In this document: one piece after another, positions 57,603-64,000 of the stretch
How positions within the stretch are numbered: the stretch's first letter is position 1
Layout: each line of letters opens with the position of its first letter
Translations under genes and position numbers: made by a program
Assembly: GCA_041649155.1 (NCBI GenBank)
Contig: JBAZNP010000001.1
Span: forward strand, 366,564 to 430,563
Reading direction: 5' to 3'
DNA from: Patescibacteria group bacterium
GTDB taxonomy: Bacteria; Patescibacteriota; UBA1384; XYA2-FULL-43-10; 1-14-0-10-43-13
Length of the DNA stretch: 64,000 bases
The notes under the pieces: generated by a model
The model's database searches: none
Told to the model about the DNA's origin: nothing
The model's input: the letters and a program-made list of their open reading frames with translations, nothing else

Positions 57603-57929
57603 TTATTGTTGTGCGATGCTACCTAGCAGGCTACTTTGTTCAAGACGACGTTTTGCTTTTTGAATTCCCGAGTAAGAAAAATCAAATCCTTCGATGCGCG
57701 CTCCTAGCGGAATGAGCTTGTCTGCCTCTTTTCTCGGTCCTACGACTAAATGTTGCTTTCCTGCAATGTTATAGTGTATCACCGCTATCTCTTGTGTCTG
57801 CGTGCATGCTACTTTTTTGTTGCTCACCTTGGTCACCCTCCCAGCTTCCATGCTTGGAAGCAGAATCACGAGACAAACACTTGGGTGTTGCTGCACTTGT
57901 CTCGTCATTTCTGCCTGCAGTATTCTCAC
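57603..57929 (-). CDS. Possible hypothetical protein
   Basis: 108-aa ORF with upstream TTGACT promoter-like sequence and downstream hairpin; no recognised motif. Confidence 0.35.
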   Translation of the reverse strand: MRILQAEMTRQVQQHPSVCLVILLPSMEAGRVTKVSNKKVACTQTQEIAVIHYNIAGKQHLVVGPRKEADKLIPLGARIEGFDFSYSGIQKAKRRLEQSSLLGSIAQQ

Positions 57930-58087
57930 AAACTCAAGTAAATTTATCGTATAAGTGATAAAAAGTCAATAGTGCGAGCTGCGAACAGGCGGTTTAGTTG
58001 TATTATAAAAAAATATGATATAATAAACTAAATGAATGGATCCTGATTGGCCGACTTCGTTGGCTTGGGATGACATAAACATCGAGG

Positions 58088-59233
58088 ATGATTTCTATGA
58101 AAGCGAGGGGATCGGCAATAATTATTGCAATGCTTTTAATTACCGCTGTTGGTGGTATTGCTTTTGGCATTAGCAGAGTTTTATTTATTGAGTTCGCCTC
58201 AGCATCGTACTATGTGAATGGGTCGGTGGCATATTATGCTGCAGAATCAGGTATGGAAGAAGGTTTTCTCCGGTATCGCTATAGTAAAAATGCCGAAGTA
58301 CCTTTTGATAGCTGGACTTTGGGAGATGATAGCGTTTATCGCAGTAATTTGAGCGATAGCGCATCAAGCAATGCTTCTGCCGGAATTGCCCCTGCCACTG
58401 CAATATCGGATTTAAACAAACAATATTATGATTTGCGGATGGGGTACTTAGGAACATTCGGCGGGCCTTTTTATGGACATAATGCATCTTCTAATGTTGG
58501 CGACACCGGTGTTTTCAATTCTGCTGACCTATTTGCTTCTAATTATGGGACAGGGGATTATGATTTTGCAGAAATTAAACAAGATAATTCAGAAAAATTC
58601 GATCTAACAAATATCGATTTTCTCAGTCAAAATCTCATGCTCTTTTTGCAGTTTCAAAATATTGATACTAATAATTTAGATAGAACATCGGAATGCCAAG
58701 CAACAGCAGAGGTTAAATTTGTAGTTAAAGACGCAGTGGGAATTGTAAACGAGTATAAGGGTTTGACTAGTTTTAAACCGGAGACCTGTGCAGGTGCAAG
58801 CTACTTAAACACATCAAAAAGCAATCTTATTGCCGCCGACAGTGGATTTAGCGCCGGCGGTTATGTTAGTTCGGGCGGCTACTCATCTGGGCAGTCAAAT
58901 GCAGATTATTATTATTTATTGGGTAATATTTTTAATGATATGTTGCTTAGGGCGGGTAAGTCTCCCGAGTCAAACTACCAAAATGTTACAATGTATGTAA
59001 AGCCTCTTTTCCATGATGTAAAAATTGCTTTTGTCAGCGACCATTGCAACACTATTAATAGTCCTTGTAAAAATTTGACCAATAGTAGTAAATACATTGT
59101 CGCTGGTCCATTTACAACCATCAGCGCTACTGGTTATTATGGCGGAACATCGAGAAAACTTGAAGCAAATATTGACCGCCAATCAGGAACATTATATGAT
59201 TTATTTGACTACGTTATTTATAAAAATAGTTAG
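58088..59233 (+). CDS. PilX-like minor pilin/pilus assembly protein
   Basis: RGSAIIIAMLL class III signal, AYYAAESGMEEG, SATGYYGGTSRKLEA. Confidence 0.8.
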   Translation: MISMKARGSAIIIAMLLITAVGGIAFGISRVLFIEFASASYYVNGSVAYYAAESGMEEGFLRYRYSKNAEVPFDSWTLGDDSVYRSNLSDSASSNASAGIAPATAISDLNKQYYDLRMGYLGTFGGPFYGHNASSNVGDTGVFNSADLFASNYGTGDYDFAEIKQDNSEKFDLTNIDFLSQNLMLFLQFQNIDTNNLDRTSECQATAEVKFVVKDAVGIVNEYKGLTSFKPETCAGASYLNTSKSNLIAADSGFSAGGYVSSGGYSSGQSNADYYYLLGNIFNDMLLRAGKSPESNYQNVTMYVKPLFHDVKIAFVSDHCNTINSPCKNLTNSSKYIVAGPFTTISATGYYGGTSRKLEANIDRQSGTLYDLFDYVIYKNS

Positions 59234-59242
59234 GAGGACCAT

Positions 59243-59629
59243 ATGAGCAAAGACGCTAGAATCCTGATAGTTGATGACGACATGACTCTAAGAGAACTTT
59301 ATGAAGAGAGAATGAAACAAGAAGGCTATGTTATATTGTCAGCTTCGGACGGAGAAGAGGCAATTGAAAAAGCCGTTAAAGAAAAACCTGATTTGATTCT
59401 TCTTGATATTATGATGCCGAAGATTAATGGTATTGATGTAATGAAGATGCTTCGGGAAAAAGAGGAAACATCTAAAATTCCGATTATTGTTTTAACTGCT
59501 TTGGTCCAGGAAATCAGCAAAGTAAAAGATATGATGAAACCAGGCGACGGATATTTAATCAAAAGTGAAATTATGCCCAAGGATGTTGTCGCTAAGACTG
59601 AAGAATCACTGGCTAAAGTGAGCAAGTAA
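59243..59629 (+). CDS. Single-domain response regulator
   Basis: ILIVDDD, PDLILLDIMMP. Confidence 0.93.
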   Translation: MSKDARILIVDDDMTLRELYEERMKQEGYVILSASDGEEAIEKAVKEKPDLILLDIMMPKINGIDVMKMLREKEETSKIPIIVLTALVQEISKVKDMMKPGDGYLIKSEIMPKDVVAKTEESLAKVSK

Positions 59630-59676
59630 GCATGTAAGCGGATAAGCCGGTAAGTTTTATTGAATATTCTCAAATA

Positions 59677-59747
59677 AAAATCCCTGAACTATTCGGGGAT
59701 TTTTAAATCTTTGAAAACCTTCCACTTTCTACTCTCTACCTTCTACT
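59677..59747. terminator. Bidirectional terminator followed by TTCTAC-type heptamer tract
   Basis: AAAAATCCCTG..CGGGGATTTTT; CCTTCCA CTTTCTA CTCTCTA CCTTCTA. Confidence 0.65.
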
Positions 59748-59751
59748 GAAA

Positions 59752-60003
59752 CTACTTATATGGTGCGAAAGGGTTTTCTCTGCCAAAACCTGACTCAAGA
59801 GAGAAGTTCGAATCGTAGATCGATGGCTTGGCTATTGCCTCAAAGGCCTTTTTGTCTATTCCGGTGTCTTCCTTTTTGCTGCTCTGGCTTGTCTGGCTTG
59901 AAGAGATGTTGTTGAGTACGAATTTGGTGGAAAATAGACCTATCGCGGCAATCAAGATTATGAAAGCAAAAACACCTAAATTGTCTTTAAGCTTATTTTC
60001 CAT
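59752..60003 (-). CDS. Small TM protein, PilP-like position
   Basis: TM and terminal GRENPFAPY after pilO. Confidence 0.6.
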   Translation of the reverse strand: MENKLKDNLGVFAFIILIAAIGLFSTKFVLNNISSSQTSQSSKKEDTGIDKKAFEAIAKPSIYDSNFSLESGFGRENPFAPYK

Positions 60004-60541
60004 AATAAATTTTTCCTGTTAATCTCATGTTTATAGTGCCTTCTTCTGTTCCGTTCAAATCTATTGAAGAGATGGAATTAAAGCGGGCGAGTGTCTCCAT
60101 ACCTTTGATGAAATTTAATAACGATGAATAAGATGTTCGCGTGTTAAAAGTGAATTGTGATCCGTTTGGAGAACTATTTTTCTTAGTGCTCGATGTTTGT
60201 GCATTTTTAATTTCGTTTATCGATATATTGTCCAATACTAAACTATTACTTTTTGCCAAATCCTCAGTCTGGACAATGAACTGACTAATATCGGAATTAT
60301 CCGGCCAATAATTGTTAACAATTTTCTCAGTTGATTTAAGGTCATCGGGATTTTTGCTGATTTTTTGTAAATAGTCCAACTTGTCATAAATTTGATTTAG
60401 TTCGGTTCGGCTGGAGGTAATTTTTTTATTATTTTGTTTTAAGCCATCGATAGAAGGTTTGAGCGCAAAAATAGTTATGGCAACAAAAATAGCCAAATAG
60501 ATGCTTACTGTTATAATAGTTTTTTTCCAGATAGAAGGCAT
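59993..60541 (-). CDS. pilO: Type IV pilus PilO-like protein
   Basis: TM, coiled coil, YSSLLNFIKGMETLAR; operon order. Confidence 0.75.
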   Translation of the reverse strand: MPSIWKKTIITVSIYLAIFVAITIFALKPSIDGLKQNNKKITSSRTELNQIYDKLDYLQKISKNPDDLKSTEKIVNNYWPDNSDISQFIVQTEDLAKSNSLVLDNISINEIKNAQTSSTKKNSSPNGSQFTFNTRTSYSSLLNFIKGMETLARFNSISSIDLNGTEEGTINMRLTGKIYYGK

Positions 60542-61081
60542 TTACTTAATTTCTCCGATTTCAGATGAAATACTAAAACTAAAATTACTTTGTTCTTCGT
60601 CGCGGGTTGAAGAGGAAAATGTAACGTTTTTAAAATATTTCGAACTGCTCATTTTTTCTTTAAATCTGGCAATATCATTTCTCGTTTCTGCATATCCGGT
60701 TAAGCCGATTTTTTTATTTTGCTGATCTAAAGTCATGGTTTTTATTTGAACCTGCGAAGGAGTTAGTTTGGATAGTTCGGTGATAATATTGCTCCACAAG
60801 ATCCTGTTAGAACCAACTGATTCAATTTTACTTAGCTTTGAATTGACAGCCTTTATGCCTTCATCGGTTTCTTTATATCGTAATAAAACATTGTTCTGTT
60901 CGGAAATTTTGCTGCTAAACTTATCAATATCTTTTTTTGTTTCGTAATTTGCCACCCACAAACTTGTCGTTACTATTAAAAGAATAATAAAGACAGTAGC
61001 CAGGAAAATTGAAATCACTTTAGCGATTTTTTTAACTTTTTTCTCCTGTTTGAATTTTGGTGGAAGAAGATTGATAGCCAC
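60542..61081 (-). CDS. pilN: Type IV pilus PilN-like protein
   Basis: INLLP motif, TM, WSNIITELSKLTP; GTG start. Confidence 0.85.
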   Translation of the reverse strand: MAINLLPPKFKQEKKVKKIAKVISIFLATVFIILLIVTTSLWVANYETKKDIDKFSSKISEQNNVLLRYKETDEGIKAVNSKLSKIESVGSNRILWSNIITELSKLTPSQVQIKTMTLDQQNKKIGLTGYAETRNDIARFKEKMSSSKYFKNVTFSSSTRDEEQSNFSFSISSEIGEIK

Positions 61082-61161
61082 ATTTACTCCGAGTAGTAAG
61101 CAAGACATTTTTTTGGACTTGCTACTTACAACTTATTTACTTACAACTGACAACTTGTTAA

Positions 61162-62166
61162 TTATTCGTATTCATTTCTTAAAGCTAAACCAAAAGCGGT
61201 GATGAAGTCTGTGCCTAAGCTTTCTCTTCCTTTTATATTTGGCTTCACGATTTCTGCCGCGATTTTTGTCTCTTTAGCGATATATTTATCAATGCCCGAT
61301 ATTTTTGCTCCAGAACCACAGAGAAGTATTTTTTTAACAGGCTTTGGTTTGTAATCTCTGTTTTGGTGATACTTGATTGCGTTAATGATTTCATCTGAGA
61401 TATTCAAAAGCGTTCTGGAAAGGTCTGGAAATTCACTTTCTTTTATGATGGTTTTATCAGTTGTTTCACTGTGTCCGATTGCCTGTAAATTTTCTATAAT
61501 TTGATTTTTGCCTATTGCAACTGTTGTGGTGAGTCTAACGCTGTTGCTGTCCCAGATCGATATGCGAGAGATCTCAGTTCCAATTTCCACTATTAGCGAT
61601 CCGTCAAGCGAAACAGAATTGCTAATTGCTCTTCCCACTGCAATCGGTTTTGTCTCCAGGGCTGCAAGTTCAAACCCTGCTAATTTTGTCATTTCCACAT
61701 AGTCGTCAACTAGCTTGCGGGGGGACGCCACAATTAAGATATCTGCCATGGCATCTTCTGGATGAGTTATTAAGACCTGATGGTCAATATAAACATCCTC
61801 TATCGGGATTGGTAAAAATTGTGCTGCTTCTATCAGGATAGCTTTTTCATACTCGCTCTCGGTCATTTTTGGCATTTGAATAGTCTTAGAAAAGACAAAT
61901 GTTTCCGGTAGAGCCGACACTATTTTTTTTGCTTTAATTGCCGAAGGAAGAGCTTTCTTGCAAGCATTTTTTATTAAACTGGCTGTAGTTGCCTTGTTTT
62001 TAAAGGTATCTTTTTCCAGTATTCGTTCTGTTAGCGGAACCTCGACCGATCCAATTAAAAATATTCCGCTCCTTTTTCTTTTGAGCTCCACAAGCTTTAG
62101 GGTCTCGTATCCGATGTCGAGACCGAATACGGAATCATCTTTAAATGTTGATAGAAAATCGAGCAT
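61162..62166 (-). CDS. pilM: Type IV pilus assembly protein PilM
   Basis: FGLDIG..LKLVEL, ILLCGSGA, AFGLALR. Confidence 0.88.
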   Translation of the reverse strand: MLDFLSTFKDDSVFGLDIGYETLKLVELKRKRSGIFLIGSVEVPLTERILEKDTFKNKATTASLIKNACKKALPSAIKAKKIVSALPETFVFSKTIQMPKMTESEYEKAILIEAAQFLPIPIEDVYIDHQVLITHPEDAMADILIVASPRKLVDDYVEMTKLAGFELAALETKPIAVGRAISNSVSLDGSLIVEIGTEISRISIWDSNSVRLTTTVAIGKNQIIENLQAIGHSETTDKTIIKESEFPDLSRTLLNISDEIINAIKYHQNRDYKPKPVKKILLCGSGAKISGIDKYIAKETKIAAEIVKPNIKGRESLGTDFITAFGLALRNEYE

Positions 62167-62260
62167 AATATATTTTTAATAATTTCTTAATCTTTTATTT
62201 ATTTTACCAAATTTTGCATAAGGGTGACCAATTAAATCATAAGACGTTCGAGGTAAATGC

Positions 62261-63469
62261 TTAAATAGCATTTACTAGACCATAGATTGGCTGCAGAACA
62301 GAAACTATGATGACGCCAATGCCGGCACCCATAACTACCATTAAAATTGGTTCGAGCATCGTCGAGAGATTTGCTGTTGCTGAATCAATGTCTCTGTCGA
62401 AAAAGTCAGCCAAGGTATCAAAAACTTCATCCACATTGCCGGATTTTTCACCAACTGATGAAAGCTGTCCGATCATTTTAGGCATGAGCATGCTGGCTTT
62501 AAGGGTAGAAGAAATTGAATGGCCGGATTTGATTTGTTCTGCCATTGCGGCTATTTCTTTTTGATAAATTACATTGCCTACAACTTTGCTTGAAACTTCA
62601 AAAACTTCTACCAATGGAAGGCCAGAAGCTGTGAGGGAAGCGAAAGTTCTGGTGAATCTGGAAACATAGGTTTTTTTGAGAAGAGGACCAATAACTGGAA
62701 TCTTGATTTTTATCTTGTCAATTGTAAGTTTGCCTGAAGGGGTTTTATTGAATTGAATAATAGAGATGATTATAGCGATTACTACAGCAAGAATGTACAA
62801 ACCATAATTTTTTAATATAAAACTAAGTTTTATTATTGTTCTGGTTAATATTGGTAGGGCAACTCCAGCATCATCAAAAATTAATTTCAATTGGGGAATT
62901 ATGATGATCATTACGAGAGCCAAAACTCCAACTAAAGCAACAAGTACGAAAGCGGGATATGCCAGTGCGCCTTTAATTTTGCGGTTAAGTTCGTAATCTT
63001 TTTGCATTTGAACTGAAAGACGGTTTAATACGATCTCAATCTTACCTGATTCTTCTCCTGACTTAACCATGTTGACATAAATGTCATTAAAAATATCAGG
63101 ATGCTTGGCAAGAGCTTTTGAAAAGGGCGCGCCGCCCTTAGTATCAAACATAACCTTACTGATTTCTGATTCAAAATAACTATTAGTTGTTTCTTCTTTC
63201 AGTGATTCGAGAGCGTCAATAATGGATAAGCCTGATTTCAACATTATACCGAGTTGCTGGGTGAATATAATTTTATCTTTTAGCTGAACCTTCTTTTTGA
63301 AAGGAATTTTAAAAGGAAGAGAGAATCCTTCTCCTGACTTAGTTTTAATTTCTGTTACAAAAAGACCCCTTTCTCTTAACGACAGGGAAGCGGATGATGA
63401 TTTCTCGGCCTCAATGACGCCTTTAGAAATATTTCCTTTTGTGTCCTTTGCTTTGTATGTGAATTGCAT
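62261..63469 (-). CDS. pilC: Type IV pilus platform protein PilC (GspF family)
   Basis: FTYKAKD, GEESG, ALAYP, GEKSG, LEPIL. Confidence 0.92.
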   Translation of the reverse strand: MQFTYKAKDTKGNISKGVIEAEKSSSASLSLRERGLFVTEIKTKSGEGFSLPFKIPFKKKVQLKDKIIFTQQLGIMLKSGLSIIDALESLKEETTNSYFESEISKVMFDTKGGAPFSKALAKHPDIFNDIYVNMVKSGEESGKIEIVLNRLSVQMQKDYELNRKIKGALAYPAFVLVALVGVLALVMIIIIPQLKLIFDDAGVALPILTRTIIKLSFILKNYGLYILAVVIAIIISIIQFNKTPSGKLTIDKIKIKIPVIGPLLKKTYVSRFTRTFASLTASGLPLVEVFEVSSKVVGNVIYQKEIAAMAEQIKSGHSISSTLKASMLMPKMIGQLSSVGEKSGNVDEVFDTLADFFDRDIDSATANLSTMLEPILMVVMGAGIGVIIVSVLQPIYGLVNAI

Positions 63470-63521
63470 AAAAACAACAGATTACTAATTATACAAATAA
63501 CACTAATATTCAGGGTGCTGG

Positions 63522-64000
63522 CTAGTCTTTTGTCACTCTCCAGACCTCTTCAATTGTTGTTATGCCATCAGCTACTTTAAGTATTCCGTCCTGCAACATT
63601 GTTACCATTCCCGCTTTTACAGCTTGAGCTTGTATTTCTGAAGATGGTTTTTTATTCAGGATCATTTCTTTGATGACTTCATCAATTCCAAGTACTTCAT
63701 ATAGACCGACTCTTCCTTTGTATCCCATATCGCTGCAATTTTTGCATCCTTTACCATGGAAAAATTTTAGTCCCTTGCTTTTAATTTCCGTTTTTTCCTT
63801 TTCTGGCATTTTTTCTATTTCTTCTTCTATTTTCTTTTTTTCAGCTTCTGAGACCTGAATTTCCTCTTTGCAATCAGGGCATATTTTTCGTGCTAGACGT
63901 TGCCCCACCACTACATTTAGAGCGGAAGTCAACAAAAATGGTTCTACACCCATGTCAATTAATCTCGGTGCTGCTCCGGTGGCGTCATTAGTGTGCAAAG
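63522..64000 (-). CDS. pilB: PilB ATPase, C-terminal part (truncated by window)
   Basis: [36 protein letters not shown]. Confidence 0.9.
   Translation of the reverse strand, partial: LHTNDATGAAPRLIDMGVEPFLLTSALNVVVGQRLARKICPDCKEEIQVSEAEKKKIEEEIEKMPEKEKTEIKSKGLKFFHGKGCKNCSDMGYKGRVGLYEVLGIDEVIKEMILNKKPSSEIQAQAVKAGMVTMLQDGILKVADGITTIEEVWRVTKD

Noticed and set aside
1-64000. Alternative genetic code (TGA as Gly)
   Set aside because: Conserved genes are full length under code 11 and some ORFs end in TGA

Overview
Chromosomal origin region of a low-GC bacterium. Gene content (VirB2-like pilin cluster, type IV pilus genes, tRNA-Arg(GCG), many leaderless genes) suggests Patescibacteria/CPR; this is inference. 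It holds dciA-recF-dnaN-oriC-dnaA and rpmH-rnpA-yidD-yidC-jag, six tRNAs, dnaE, gltX, rpmA, rplS, ndk, galU, stress, transport and two-component genes, and two pilus loci. Main unusual points: (1) a 2492-aa secreted protein whose apparent Zn-peptidase motifs are ~2100 aa apart; (2) a HypC-like domain, missed by the ORF track and starting at ATC, fused to a HydE-like radical SAM enzyme; (3) four-helix-bundle genes tied to inverted short tandem repeats that also occur gene-less and in frame inside housekeeping genes; (4) ~150-bp elements duplicating tRNA-Ser 3' ends; (5) GTCAT-tagged palindromes flanking a GIY-YIG gene, with a nested 20-bp palindrome. All calls come from reading the sequence; no searches were run.
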